A stretch of 64,000 nt of DNA from Candidatus Woesebacteria bacterium RIFCSPHIGHO2_01_FULL_39_32 (GTDB lineage: Bacteria > Patescibacteriota > Microgenomatia > UBA8517), in the NCBI GenBank assembly GCA_001792345.1, contig MGGJ01000001.1, positions 217,710 to 281,709 of the forward strand, written 5' to 3'. Positions within the stretch are counted from its first letter, which is position 1, and every line of letters begins with the position of its first letter. The position numbers and the translations under genes are program-made. The notes under the pieces are model-generated. The model ran no database searches. It had not been told where the DNA came from and was given only the letters and a program-made list of their open reading frames with translations. This document shows positions 20,753 to 31,615 of this stretch, piece by piece.

Positions 20753-21937
20753 ATGAAAACGGCAATTGTTTATGATCGGGTGAATAAATGGGGAGGGGCA
20801 GAGAGGGTGCTTTTGGCGCTTCATGAACTTTTTCCTGAAGCACCGCTTTACACTTCAGTTTACGACAAGAAGAAAGCACCGTGGGCAAAAGTTTTTCCTA
20901 AAGTTAAAACGACCTTTTTACAAAATTTGCCGATATTGAATAACTATCATGAACTGTTGGGTTGGCTTACACCCATTGCTTATGAAACATTTAATTTTGA
21001 CAAATACGATCTTGTTATATCTGTTACTTCCGAAGCAGCAAAAGGAATTATTACGAAACCGAAAACTTTGCATTTATGTTATTGTTTAACGCCAACCCGA
21101 TATTTGTGGAGTGGATATGAAGAATATTTGAATAATCCACCCAAAAATCTCAGCTGGATACCTTTATATAAAATATTGTCCCAACCCTTTCTTAAGTATA
21201 CAAAAAAATGGGATATGGTTGCAGCTCAGAGACCAGACGTTATGATAGCAATTTCTACAGAAGTTAAAAAGAGAATTAAAAAATATTATAAAAGGGAATC
21301 GGAACTTGTATATCCTCCAATTGAACCCCCAAAATTTAGAAAGAAAAACCAAAAACATAAAAAACCCGATAATGCAGGCTGTTCAATCTCGGAGATTGAT
21401 TACGTTCAAACATCAGGATCTAAAAATCTAATAAAGACCGATTACTATTTGGTTGTTTCGAGGTTGGTACCTTACAAGAGAGTTGATTTAGCGATTGAAT
21501 CTTTCAATAAACTTGGTTTGCCCTTGGTTATTATTGGGACAGGAAGTGAAGAGAAGGGGTTGAAAAGAGTTGCTAAAGAAAATATTCACTTTGAAGGATT
21601 TGTAAAAGAAGAAGATTTAGCAAATTACTATCTGAATGCGAAAGCTCTTATTTACCCCCAAGAAGAAGATTTTGGGATTACTGCAGTTGAATCTCAAGCA
21701 GCAGGAACGCCCGTTATCGCATACAAAAAAGGCGGAGCGCTTGATACTGTTATTGACAGCAAAACAGGGATATTTTTTGAGGAACAAAGAAAAGAAAGTT
21801 TAATTGAAGCGATTCAAAGATTTGAATCGCTGGATTTTTCAAAAGAAGATTTGGTTAAGAATGCAAAAAAATTTTCAAAAGACAGGTTTAAAAAAGAGTT
21901 TGGAAGGTTGGTCGATGAATTATTATTAGCCAAATAA
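20753..21937 (+). CDS. GT4 glycosyltransferase (WbaZ-like)
   Basis: GGAERVL, CLTPTRYLW, EDFGITAVESQAAGTPVIA. Confidence 0.9.
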   Translation: MKTAIVYDRVNKWGGAERVLLALHELFPEAPLYTSVYDKKKAPWAKVFPKVKTTFLQNLPILNNYHELLGWLTPIAYETFNFDKYDLVISVTSEAAKGIITKPKTLHLCYCLTPTRYLWSGYEEYLNNPPKNLSWIPLYKILSQPFLKYTKKWDMVAAQRPDVMIAISTEVKKRIKKYYKRESELVYPPIEPPKFRKKNQKHKKPDNAGCSISEIDYVQTSGSKNLIKTDYYLVVSRLVPYKRVDLAIESFNKLGLPLVIIGTGSEEKGLKRVAKENIHFEGFVKEEDLANYYLNAKALIYPQEEDFGITAVESQAAGTPVIAYKKGGALDTVIDSKTGIFFEEQRKESLIEAIQRFESLDFSKEDLVKNAKKFSKDRFKKEFGRLVDELLLAK

Positions 21938-22014
21938 TAAAAAATTTGCTACAATTTTTCACACTATGGCAAAAGAAAATTTATCCTTTGATCTGCTAGA
22001 TTTTTAATAAATAT

Positions 22015-23073
22015 ATGATTCCAGTTATTATTTGTGGAGGATTTGGTACAAAACTTTGGCCGGTAAGTCGTGAGCATAAACCCAAGCATTTTATTCCTCT
22101 TGTAGGCGATAAGTCGCTATTTCAGTTGAATTATGAAGCTTTAAGATCACACTTCAAACCTGAGGAAATATACGTTTCCACAAATGAAGATCAAGTTGAA
22201 TTGGCTAAGAAACAAGTTGAGGATATATCAGTAGAAAACTATATTTTGGAGCCAGAAATGCGTAACCAAGGTCCTGCAACAGGTTTAATTGCAGCATTTT
22301 TGTATAAGAAGGGTCTTAAAGATGAGCCATTTATGATCGTTCAAGTGGATGATTTGCGAGAACCGGTTGAGAATTTTATTAAAATGATGCTTGATTGCGA
22401 CACTGTTGCCAGGCGAGAAAGTAAATATATTACAGGCGGTATGAGTACAGACTTCCCAGTTATGGGCGTTGATTACCTTATAAAAGGGGAAAAGATTTCC
22501 AATGAAGGTTCGGTTGGGATTTATAAAGTTGAAAAATTTGTATGGAGAAGTACTAAAGAACAAACTGAAGAGCTTATTAAACAAAAGGGTGTTCTAATAC
22601 ACACAAATCATACTTGTATGACTCCTCAAAACATGCTTAATATGCTGCAAAAGTACAAACCTGAGTGGTACGAACCTTTAATGAACTACGTTAATGGATC
22701 TGAATTGAAAAACGAATATGTTAAGATGCCTGCTGGTCCAATTGAAGATGTAACTCAGCAAGTTCACGCCGATGGCGAATCATTAGTAGTAGAACTTCCG
22801 TTTACGTGGTTTGATATAGGCACGTTTGAAACTCTTCATGAATACTTGAAGCAAAAGGGTTTATATAAGATAAGTGATAATATCGTTGATTTAAACGGAA
22901 AAGATAATTTTGTTAAGCTTGATGATGCTAACAAGGTGGTAGCTCTTGTTGGAGTCGATAACTTGATAGTTGTTGATACTGGGGATGCACTGCTTATTTG
23001 TGACAAGAGACGGACTGGTGAGGTTAAAGAGGCATTGAAAGAGGTTCAAAAAAGAAAATTGTCGCTTACGTAA
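22015..23073 (+). CDS. manC: Mannose-1-phosphate guanylyltransferase-like nucleotidyltransferase
   Basis: GGFGTKLWPVSR...PKHF, EPEMRN, WFDIG, C-terminal beta-helix VVDTGDALLI. Confidence 0.75.
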   Translation: MIPVIICGGFGTKLWPVSREHKPKHFIPLVGDKSLFQLNYEALRSHFKPEEIYVSTNEDQVELAKKQVEDISVENYILEPEMRNQGPATGLIAAFLYKKGLKDEPFMIVQVDDLREPVENFIKMMLDCDTVARRESKYITGGMSTDFPVMGVDYLIKGEKISNEGSVGIYKVEKFVWRSTKEQTEELIKQKGVLIHTNHTCMTPQNMLNMLQKYKPEWYEPLMNYVNGSELKNEYVKMPAGPIEDVTQQVHADGESLVVELPFTWFDIGTFETLHEYLKQKGLYKISDNIVDLNGKDNFVKLDDANKVVALVGVDNLIVVDTGDALLICDKRRTGEVKEALKEVQKRKLSLT

Positions 23074-23120
23074 GTTTCTCTTTTTCTGATATCTGAAGTA
23101 TAGTATAATCCTGCCCGGAT

Positions 23121-23759
23121 ATGTATTACGCCAGCACCAAAAGAACAATTGATATAATTGGCTCTATAATTTCGCTTATTCTTTTTTTCCCTCTCCTTCT
23201 TATTACTGCTTTCCTTATTAAAATGACTTCTCCAGGACCCGTATTTGCTGATATTCCCAACCGTGTAGGGAAAGGCGGAAAGCTTTTTAGAATTTATAAA
23301 TTTAGATCAATGATTATGAATGCTCACAAGTTAATGAAAAAAGACCCAGAATTTAAAGATTTGTACGAAGAGTATAAAAGATCAAGCTATAAACTTTACA
23401 AAGACCCTCGTGTTACAAAAGTCGGGAAAATTATTCGTAAATATTCTATCGACGAAATGCCACAGTTTATTAATGTTTTGAGAGGTGAAATGAGCATTGT
23501 TGGCCCTCGAGCCTATTATCCTGACGAACTGGATGATCAACAAAAGAAGTATCCTCATACAAAGGCTTTAGTTAAAGAGGTGCTTGAAGTAAGGCCAGGC
23601 ATTACCGGTTACTGGCAGGTAACGGGGAGAAGTGAAGTGAATTTTGATAAAAGGATTGAAATGGATGCTTATTATGCACGCAAGAAATCCCTTACCTTTG
23701 ACATTTTGATTATACTTAAAACTCCCTGGGCAATGATTTCAGGAAAAGGAGCCGTTTGA
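23121..23759 (+). CDS. Priming sugar (phospho)transferase, Bac_transf family
   Basis: KRTIDI, KFRSM, DPRVT, DEMPQFINVLRGEMSIVGPR, PGITGYWQV. Confidence 0.92.
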   Translation: MYYASTKRTIDIIGSIISLILFFPLLLITAFLIKMTSPGPVFADIPNRVGKGGKLFRIYKFRSMIMNAHKLMKKDPEFKDLYEEYKRSSYKLYKDPRVTKVGKIIRKYSIDEMPQFINVLRGEMSIVGPRAYYPDELDDQQKKYPHTKALVKEVLEVRPGITGYWQVTGRSEVNFDKRIEMDAYYARKKSLTFDILIILKTPWAMISGKGAV

Positions 23760-25756
23760 TGGATGATATAAATATTCCGAGAATTAAACCGTCTGAAGAA
23801 ATAGAGATTAATAATAATCCTGAAGAGGAAGGGGGCTCCATTCAGATTCCAAAGATAAATATAGGAAAGACAAGAGCCTGGAAGATTAAAATTGGCAAAA
23901 GAGGAAAATATGCTCTTTTAGTTTTTGGAGTAATTTTATTTATATATGGGCTTTTGACTTATAGGCTCTATGCGAAGGCAATAAAGGTAAAAGCTTCTTT
24001 AGATGGGATTCGGGAAGCCATAAGTTCTCAGAATTTTGATGCAATTAAAGAAAATTTAGGCAAGACTGAAGATACTTTGTTGGAATTAGGTAGCGCGTAT
24101 AAACCTTTTACCGTTTTTAAGATTATACCTTTTGTGGGAGCATATGTTTCCGATGGTCAACATGGGATTATTGCTGCGAGTTACGGAGTAGAAACTGCTT
24201 CCTTATTGGTTGAAGTGACTGAGCCATACGCTGATATAATTGGTTTTACAAGCGGTTCCAAACAGTCAACTTCAGGTGAGCAAACGGCACAAGAGCGACT
24301 TGATTTTGTAGTAAAGACCATTCCGGATTTGATATCTAAAGCTGATGCACTTACCGAGAAAGTAAAACTTGTCAGAAGCGAGATAGGTACTATCGACCCT
24401 ACTAGATATCCGGTAACTGTCTTCGGAAAACCAGTCAGGGAAAAATTAAGAGGAGGACTCGAACTTGTCGACACTAGCTCGGAACTACTCGAAAACGGAA
24501 AACCTCTCCTGGAAGCTGCACCGTACCTCCTGGGCGTTGATAAGGAAAGAACGTATCTTGTTATTTTCCAGAATGATAAAGAGCTTCGGCCAACTGGTGG
24601 TTTTATAACCGCTTATTCAATTGCAAAAGTCACAAAAGGAAGGTTTGAGCCCGTCAAAAGCGACGATATATATAACTTAGATGATCAATATAAACCGAAA
24701 GTTTCTGCGCCGGAGCCTCTTATTAAATATATAAAGGGTCCCTATACACTTTCTAGAAACTACCGGCTTCGCGATATGAATTGGCTTCCGGATTTTAAAG
24801 CATCTATGGATTTATTCGTAAGGGAAATTGAATCTGTTGGAATTGATGATATTGACGGAATAATTGCAGTCGATACACAAGTACTAGTTAATATTCTTAA
24901 CGCAACAGGTCCTATCCAAGTTCCCGGATTTGGAGAATACAGTACAAAGATAGTTGCCGAGTGTGATTGTCCCCAAGTTATCTATGAGCTTGAAAGTTTC
25001 GCGGACATAGAAGGACCAATTGTTTGGAGCGAAAATGAACCTGGAAAGATCGTTTATGCGCCTCCAAACTACGATAATCGTAAAAAGATAATAGGCCCCC
25101 TAATGAACTCTGTTCTTGCTAATGCTTTAGGACAACCTAAAGAAAAACTCCCCATGCTTTTTGAAGCTATTCTGAAATCTCTAACAGAAAAACACGTTCT
25201 TTTTTACATGCATGACGCCAAATCACAAGACGCTGTTGAGGTTTTCGGGATTGCAGGAACACTTGACGAATATAACGGAGACTATATACATATTAACGAT
25301 GCGAATCTGGGGGGAAGAAAGTCTAATCTTTACGTAATGCAAGAGGTAGTTCAAGAAATTGAAGTTGCAAAGGATGGAACGGCTACCAAAACCGTTACTA
25401 TTACTTATAAAAATCCAAAAGAACATGACGGTTGGCTTAATTCTGTTTTACCCAATTGGGTGAGGATTTACGTTCCCAAAGGTAGCGAACTTATAGAGTT
25501 TAATGGGGTTGAAGAGAAACAAGAAGTCTATGAAGAATTCGGTAAAACTGTTTTTGCAGGTTTTTTTAATCTTCGACCGCAAGGGGTGGCAAAGATAACT
25601 CTGAAATATAAACTTCCTTTCAAAATTGAAAAACATTACAACATCTTTTTGCAAAAACAACCTGGGACAGACTCTCCTTTATATACTGTTCAATTCAAAA
25701 AACAGAAGGAAGAGTTTTTCCTCAAGGTAGATAGGGAAATCAAATTCAAAATTTAA
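23759..25756 (+). CDS. DUF4012-like membrane-anchored protein
   Basis: TM at ~52-70, YLVIFQNDKELRPTGGFI, RDMNWLPDF, RIYVPKGS, QKQPG. Confidence 0.8.
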   Translation: MDDINIPRIKPSEEIEINNNPEEEGGSIQIPKINIGKTRAWKIKIGKRGKYALLVFGVILFIYGLLTYRLYAKAIKVKASLDGIREAISSQNFDAIKENLGKTEDTLLELGSAYKPFTVFKIIPFVGAYVSDGQHGIIAASYGVETASLLVEVTEPYADIIGFTSGSKQSTSGEQTAQERLDFVVKTIPDLISKADALTEKVKLVRSEIGTIDPTRYPVTVFGKPVREKLRGGLELVDTSSELLENGKPLLEAAPYLLGVDKERTYLVIFQNDKELRPTGGFITAYSIAKVTKGRFEPVKSDDIYNLDDQYKPKVSAPEPLIKYIKGPYTLSRNYRLRDMNWLPDFKASMDLFVREIESVGIDDIDGIIAVDTQVLVNILNATGPIQVPGFGEYSTKIVAECDCPQVIYELESFADIEGPIVWSENEPGKIVYAPPNYDNRKKIIGPLMNSVLANALGQPKEKLPMLFEAILKSLTEKHVLFYMHDAKSQDAVEVFGIAGTLDEYNGDYIHINDANLGGRKSNLYVMQEVVQEIEVAKDGTATKTVTITYKNPKEHDGWLNSVLPNWVRIYVPKGSELIEFNGVEEKQEVYEEFGKTVFAGFFNLRPQGVAKITLKYKLPFKIEKHYNIFLQKQPGTDSPLYTVQFKKQKEEFFLKVDREIKFKI

Positions 25757-26301
25757 TGCGGCCAAGACGATATTCAACTGAGGCGATTATACTCTCCAGG
25801 AAAAGTTATGGCGAAGCAGATAGAATTTTAACTGTTTATTCAAAACACTACGGAAAGGTACAACTTCTTGCCAAAGGAGTTAGGTATCCCAAAAGTCGTA
25901 AACGAGGACATATTGAAGTGTTTAGTCTAATCCGATTCTCGGCTGCTCATGGGAAACACTTGGATCTTATAACTGAAGCTGAGACGTTGGACTCTTTTGA
26001 GAAAGTCCGAAAAGAGCTCAAAAAAGTTGCCGTTGCTTACCATTTGGTGGACGTAGTGAAAATGACAACTGCCTTTGAAGAAAAAAACGAAAAGTTATTC
26101 GAAATTGCCATGAATTACTTGAATCTGTTAAAAACAGCAACGCAGTTAAGAAAATTAAGACATATGTTTATAAAAGATTGCTTGGTACTTTTGGGTTTTT
26201 GGCCGTTGGGCAAAGACTTAACTGATCCGGACAAAATTTTGGAAAAAATAACAGAAAGAAGAGTATCAAGTATCAGGGTTGGGAAAAAGTTGTTACAATA
26301 G
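25756..26301 (+). CDS. recO: DNA repair protein RecO (short form)
   Basis: EAIILSRKSYGEADRILTVYSKHYGK...AKGVR N-terminal OB domain. Confidence 0.9.
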   Translation: MRPRRYSTEAIILSRKSYGEADRILTVYSKHYGKVQLLAKGVRYPKSRKRGHIEVFSLIRFSAAHGKHLDLITEAETLDSFEKVRKELKKVAVAYHLVDVVKMTTAFEEKNEKLFEIAMNYLNLLKTATQLRKLRHMFIKDCLVLLGFWPLGKDLTDPDKILEKITERRVSSIRVGKKLLQ

Positions 26302-26310
26302 ATCAAAATT

Positions 26311-26670
26311 ATGGCCCGTGCTGTCTTTTTAAATAAAGATGGTTATATAGAACAGATTTATAAAGGTGATCAAGATTATGACACCGTTACCTCAGCTGTT
26401 CACAAGGTAAATAAACTAATTGAAAAACTTCAGAGTGAAGGTAGATCAGTAAAGGTGATCGTCAACCTATCCGAAATTGGGAAAACCGATTCTGGAAGTC
26501 GAGAAGCGGCTGTTTATGCCTTAAAGAGTTGGTATTTTGACAAAACCGCACTTTACGGTGGAAATGTATTCATTAATAATTTGGCGAATTTGATAATTAG
26601 GGCTGCCAGAAAGCAAAAAAAAGTTAAAGTTTTTAACACACGACGCGAGGCATATAAATGGTTAGGCTAA
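26311..26670 (+). CDS. STAS/SEC14 (SpoIIAA-like) small protein
   Basis: C-terminal VFNTRREAYKWL motif typical of SpoIIAA-like domains. Confidence 0.6.
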   Translation: MARAVFLNKDGYIEQIYKGDQDYDTVTSAVHKVNKLIEKLQSEGRSVKVIVNLSEIGKTDSGSREAAVYALKSWYFDKTALYGGNVFINNLANLIIRAARKQKKVKVFNTRREAYKWLG

Positions 26671-28013
26671 GACATAGTAAATCCCCAAAAGGCTCTTTTG
26701 AGGCTGATGCCGATGTTAAAAAGTATGTAGCGCAAAGACTGGATCCTCTGGTTGATGTTCTTTCGTTTGCCTCGATAGGGGATTTTACGAAAAATGTACA
26801 TATTTCAAAAAAAGAGGATGAATTTACTCCGGTTAATGTTGGCGTTCAAGTACTTTTAGACGTCATTCGCGATAAGATAAGGGAGTTAGAAGAAGAAAAA
26901 GGGAGGATTGAGGCCGATAAAAAACAGCTCGGAACTCTTTTGGATAGTCTTCCCGTTGGAGTTTACATTGCAGAAGTACCTTCAGGAAAACCGATTTTGG
27001 TTAATAAGAAGGCAACTGAGCTGGTGGGAAGGTCCTTTGATCCTGAAGCTGGAGTTGATGATTACACAAAAACATACGACCTTTTGACAGAAGAAGGAAA
27101 AAAATATCCCACTAAAGGCCACCCTCTTTACATAACTATAAAAAAAGGTATAGAAGCTAAAAAATCCGATCTGGTCGTACGACGACCCAACAAATCTTTA
27201 ATTACATTGAAAGTACAGAGCGTTCCTGTACATGATAAAGTTGGAAACTTATCTTCCGCAATTGCGGTTTTTGATGATATCACGAAAGAAAGAGAGGTAG
27301 AAAATCTAAAATCCCAATTCGTATCACTTGTATCCCACCAGTTGAGGACACCTCTTTCAAATATGCGCTGGAATATTGAAATGCTTCTAAAAGGCGATTA
27401 TGGAATCTTACCGGAAGAAATTGCGGGTGTACTGAAAGATGTTTACGAAAGTGATAAAAAGCTTATTATACTTGTTAACGACATTTTGAATGTCTCTCAC
27501 ATCGAAGAAGGGAAGGAATTAGAATACGCTGTGGGGGTAAGTCCCAAAAAGATTATACATAAAGTGCTTACAGATATGAAACCCCTTGCAAGAGAAAAGA
27601 TGGTCAAACTTCATTTTAAAACCCAACACAATATTCCTAGGGTTTTTATTGACCCCAAACATTTGTTTCAGATAGTGCAAAACCTTGTTTCAAACGCAAT
27701 TAACTATAATGTGGCAAAAGGAAAAGTGACAGTTCACCTTAGAAAAGGTACAAATAAAATCCTAATTTTGGTTGAAGATACAGGTATAGGCATTCCGGAG
27801 AAGGACAGGGAAAGAATTTTTGATAAATTTTTTAGAACGGAAAATGCTATTAAAAGTCAGATTCAGGGAAGTGGTTTGGGCCTCTACATTGTAAAAACTT
27901 ACGTTAAGAAGTGGGGAGGGAATATTATTTTTACCAGCAAAGAAGGGAAGGGAAGTACCTTCTTTGTAGAACTGCCAATTAAAAACCATATTGATAAAAA
28001 AACGAAGACATGA
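26658..28013 (+). CDS. Cytoplasmic PAS-domain sensor histidine kinase
   Basis: PAS region; H-box SHQLRTPL, N-box NLVSNAINY, G1 DTGIGI, G2 GSGLGL. Confidence 0.93.
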   Translation: MVRLRHSKSPKGSFEADADVKKYVAQRLDPLVDVLSFASIGDFTKNVHISKKEDEFTPVNVGVQVLLDVIRDKIRELEEEKGRIEADKKQLGTLLDSLPVGVYIAEVPSGKPILVNKKATELVGRSFDPEAGVDDYTKTYDLLTEEGKKYPTKGHPLYITIKKGIEAKKSDLVVRRPNKSLITLKVQSVPVHDKVGNLSSAIAVFDDITKEREVENLKSQFVSLVSHQLRTPLSNMRWNIEMLLKGDYGILPEEIAGVLKDVYESDKKLIILVNDILNVSHIEEGKELEYAVGVSPKKIIHKVLTDMKPLAREKMVKLHFKTQHNIPRVFIDPKHLFQIVQNLVSNAINYNVAKGKVTVHLRKGTNKILILVEDTGIGIPEKDRERIFDKFFRTENAIKSQIQGSGLGLYIVKTYVKKWGGNIIFTSKEGKGSTFFVELPIKNHIDKKTKT

Positions 28014-28032
28014 GAGAGTTGAGGTATAGATA

Positions 28033-28407
28033 ATGTCGCAAAAGAAGATTTTAATAGTTGAAGACGACATTCAGACTCAAAGGGTATACCACAATAAACT
28101 AACTTCTGAAGGTTACGCTGTCGTTTTGGCAGCTACCGGCAAAGAAGGAGTTTTTACCGCCAAAAAAATAAGACCCGACCTCGTTATTTTAGATATTATG
28201 CTACCAGGAACCGGAATGAACGGTTTTGATGTATTGGAGAATATGAAGAAAGATCAAGAACTTAAAAATATTCCAGTTTTAGTTTTGACAAACCTTGATA
28301 CTGAAGAAAGAGTCGCTAAAGAGATTGGAGCCAACGAATATCTGGTGAAGGCCAATGTATCGATTGACGAAGTGGCAGAGAGAGTTAATAAACGCCTTCA
28401 AAAATAG
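28033..28407 (+). CDS. Single-domain response regulator (receiver only)
   Basis: ILIVEDD, LDIMLP, LTN, YLVK. Confidence 0.92.
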   Translation: MSQKKILIVEDDIQTQRVYHNKLTSEGYAVVLAATGKEGVFTAKKIRPDLVILDIMLPGTGMNGFDVLENMKKDQELKNIPVLVLTNLDTEERVAKEIGANEYLVKANVSIDEVAERVNKRLQK

Positions 28408-28436
28408 CTTCGGTGATGATACAATTCGGTCTGAAT

Positions 28437-29537
28437 ATGAACCCCAAATTTAAATGTCCTCATTGCGGGCAGCTGATTGAGATTTCTGAGGCTCTAAAGC
28501 AGCAGGTTGAAGAGGAAGTAAGAAAAAATTTAGAAGTTAGAATCAAGAAAGAGTTTGAAGAAAAATCTTCTACCGAGATTGAAGATTTGAAAAAACAGCT
28601 TTCTGAGAAAGAAGAAAAGGTTAATGAGCTTCGTGAACAGGAGTTAAAACTTCGTGAGGAGAGAAGGAAACTTGAAAACAGAGAAAAGGATTTAAAACTT
28701 GAACTCCAAAGGCAACTGGATGAGGAACGCCAAAAAATTCAAGAATCGGTATTGAAACAAGCAGTTGAAGAGCATCGCCTCAAAGATATGGAAAAAGAGA
28801 AAAAGATAAATGACTTGCAAGCACAACTTGAGGAGGCACTTCGACGAGCAAAAGTTGGCTCCCAGCAACTTCAAGGTGAAATTCTTGAGCTGGATTTGGA
28901 AGAAACTTTGCGCACTACTTTTCCCAATGATGAAGTTGAACCGGTTGGTAAGGGTGTTAAGGGAGCGGATGTCAGGCAAATTGTAAAAAGTCCTAAGGGA
29001 TTTAACTGTGGAGTGATTTTGTGGGAAACAAAAAGGACCAAAGCTTGGAAAGATGAGTGGGTTACTAAGTTGAAAAGTGATTTAAGAGCGGAAAAATCAA
29101 ACATTGCTGTTATTGTTTCGTCAGTTTTCCCTAAGGGTGTTAAAGATGGTTTTGGATTGTACGAAGGAGTATGGATTGTTTCATATGAACTGATAATTCC
29201 TATGGCGACAATTTTGCGAAAAAATCTACTGGACCTTGGTTTTCAAAAAGCCGTTTCCGCGCACAAAGGAGAAAAAGCGGAGTATCTTTACGAGTATGTA
29301 ACCTCTCACGAGTTCCGCCAACAGCTTGAGGCATTAGTTGAGGTTTACTCCGAGATGCAATTGCAACTTGATAAAGAAAAAGCGGCATATGAGCGAATCT
29401 GGAAATCCCGTGAAGGGCAAATTAAAAGACTGGTTACATCAACTGCTAATGTGGTCGGCAGTATCCAAGGCCGCGTCGGATCTTCTGCGTTACAAATTAA
29501 AGGCCTCGATTTACCAGAGTTGGAAAGTGGAGATTAG
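28437..29537 (+). CDS. DUF2130 family protein (Zn ribbon + coiled coil + PD-(D/E)XK-like domain)
   Basis: KCPHCG, long coiled coil, GSQQLQGE, GAD, WETKRTKAW; likely start ATG 28437. Confidence 0.85.
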   Translation: MNPKFKCPHCGQLIEISEALKQQVEEEVRKNLEVRIKKEFEEKSSTEIEDLKKQLSEKEEKVNELREQELKLREERRKLENREKDLKLELQRQLDEERQKIQESVLKQAVEEHRLKDMEKEKKINDLQAQLEEALRRAKVGSQQLQGEILELDLEETLRTTFPNDEVEPVGKGVKGADVRQIVKSPKGFNCGVILWETKRTKAWKDEWVTKLKSDLRAEKSNIAVIVSSVFPKGVKDGFGLYEGVWIVSYELIIPMATILRKNLLDLGFQKAVSAHKGEKAEYLYEYVTSHEFRQQLEALVEVYSEMQLQLDKEKAAYERIWKSREGQIKRLVTSTANVVGSIQGRVGSSALQIKGLDLPELESGD

Positions 29538-29593
29538 TTGTACGTCTTGTGTGCAGGAATGGTCCTTGAAAGTTGCAATATTGCGCTTTCGTA

Positions 29594-30247
29594 TTACTGG
29601 TGGAATGTGTCTATTTTTAATTCGATAGCTTTGGGGAAATCTTCTTTTTCTGTTTTCATCCAGCCTATTACATCTTTTAATAATGGGGAGCTGGGTTTTT
29701 CTGTAATTAAAACCTCTTCAAAAGCTTTAACGTAGGCACGATTAACTTGCGCTGTTATATCTGGATTGTTATCGTTTTCGAGCTGTCCTAAAAAAGCCCC
29801 GAAACCCTCTATTAAAGCCCCAGATGCGGGAGTTCCTATGCTGGGATGACCAGGATCAACCCTTGCCCATTCTGGGTATTCTCTTGTCGCCTTTTCAATT
29901 GTCGAAAAAACAATATTAGCGATTCTCTCAGAAGTATAGAACTGTTTTCTAGCGTCTTTGAGAGTTGGTATTTGTCTACCATTTAAATTTTGCGCAAGTA
30001 GATTAACATCTCTATATTGGGGTGGCAAATTAGATGATTGTTGCATTAACCTATTAAGCCTTCGATTTATGTACTCAAAATCTTCAACCCTTTGGTCTTT
30101 TTCCTGAGTTTCTTTTCCCAACCAACCAAGCGAAGAAAGAAGATCTTTAATTGCCTCTCTCTTATCTGTCTCTCTGTTGCTTAGTGTTAATTTTCTTCTA
30201 AACACTAAGAATAACTCGTCTGCAGCTGATCGGCGATCTTCTGTCAT
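29594..30247 (-). CDS. Hypothetical protein
   Basis: 217-aa ORF with its own promoter TTGCAT-17-TATAAT 10 nt before ATG. Confidence 0.7.
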   Translation of the reverse strand: MTEDRRSAADELFLVFRRKLTLSNRETDKREAIKDLLSSLGWLGKETQEKDQRVEDFEYINRRLNRLMQQSSNLPPQYRDVNLLAQNLNGRQIPTLKDARKQFYTSERIANIVFSTIEKATREYPEWARVDPGHPSIGTPASGALIEGFGAFLGQLENDNNPDITAQVNRAYVKAFEEVLITEKPSSPLLKDVIGWMKTEKEDFPKAIELKIDTFHQ

Positions 30248-30331
30248 ATTGATTGAAATTATAGGAATTAATTAGGTGCAATGCAAATAATTGTGCTGGA
30301 TAAGAGTTAATTAAATAGTTATAATTTAAGC

Positions 30332-31615
30332 ATGGATTTGATGGCGGATGTTACGTCTCTAGCAAAAAGACGCGGATTTATTTATCCCGGAAGCGAGATT
30401 TATGGGGGTCTTGCTGGTTTTTGGGATTATGGACCCTTGGGGGTTGAACTTAAAAACAATATAAAAAGGCAGTGGTGGAAAGACATGGTTTATGATAGGG
30501 ATGATGTGGTTGGAATAGACGCTGCCATAATTATGAATCCCGAAGTCTGGAAGGCGTCGGGACATTTGGATGCATTCACAGACCCCTTGGTTGAATGTAA
30601 AATTTGCCACCAAAGAGTAAGAGCAGATAACGAAGAAATAAAAAAAGAACACGAGAAAACACACGAAGATAAAAAAGTAGAGTGGACAGAACCAAAATCT
30701 TTCAATCTAATGACAGAGGTATTTTTGGGCGTAACTGAACCAAAACAGAAAGCTTATCTTCGAGGAGAAATTACCCAAGGAGTTTTTGTTAATTTTCAAA
30801 ATGTTATTGACTCTACGAGGATTAAACTTCCTTTCGGTATTGCACAAATCGGAAAAGCTTTCAGAAACGAGATTACTCCCGGGAATTTTACTTTCAGAAG
30901 TCGGGAATTTGAACAGATGGAATTGGAATATTTTATGAGACCGGATGACAAAGAGGCAGAAAAGGTTTTCGGGTTTTGGAAAAAAGAGAGAATGGCTTGG
31001 TACGTTAATCTGGGTGTTAAAAAAGAAAATCTTCGCTATAGAGATCATGATCCCGATGAAAGAGCCCATTACGCTCGCTTTGCAACAGATATTGAATATA
31101 ATTCTCCTTTTGGTTGGAAGGAATTTGAGGGAATTCACCATCGGGGTGATTGGGATTTGGGGAGACACAAGCTAATATACAAAGATCCTGACACTAATGA
31201 GGAATACACTCCCTGGGTTATTGAAACATCGGGTGGGGTGGATCGAGCTGCATTGTTTTTCCTCTTGGATGCATACAATGAAGAGAAGAGCAGGGTGATT
31301 TTAAAGCTTCATCCAAAACTTGCACCGTTCAAATTGGCTGTATTTCCACTTCTTGCAAATAAAGAAGAATTAATTAACAAAGCACGAGAAATCCATCAAA
31401 TCCTGTCCAGAAATTACTTTGTTGCATGGGATTCTCGTGGAAACATAGGTAAGCGTTATTTTGCCCAAGACGAGATAGGTACACCTTGGTGTGTGACAAT
31501 TGACTTTCAAAGCCTAGAAGATGATACAGTTACGGTGCGAGATAGAGATACAACCAAGCAGGAAAGAGTATCTGTTGACAAGTTGCCAGAGTACATAGAA
31601 AATAAATTAGGATGA
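30332..31615 (+). CDS. glyQS: Glycine--tRNA ligase (alpha2, class IIa)
   Basis: KRRGFIYPGSEIYGG, FRNEITP, FRSREFEQMELE, anticodon domain QDEIGTP. Confidence 0.95.
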   Translation: MDLMADVTSLAKRRGFIYPGSEIYGGLAGFWDYGPLGVELKNNIKRQWWKDMVYDRDDVVGIDAAIIMNPEVWKASGHLDAFTDPLVECKICHQRVRADNEEIKKEHEKTHEDKKVEWTEPKSFNLMTEVFLGVTEPKQKAYLRGEITQGVFVNFQNVIDSTRIKLPFGIAQIGKAFRNEITPGNFTFRSREFEQMELEYFMRPDDKEAEKVFGFWKKERMAWYVNLGVKKENLRYRDHDPDERAHYARFATDIEYNSPFGWKEFEGIHHRGDWDLGRHKLIYKDPDTNEEYTPWVIETSGGVDRAALFFLLDAYNEEKSRVILKLHPKLAPFKLAVFPLLANKEELINKAREIHQILSRNYFVAWDSRGNIGKRYFAQDEIGTPWCVTIDFQSLEDDTVTVRDRDTTKQERVSVDKLPEYIENKLG

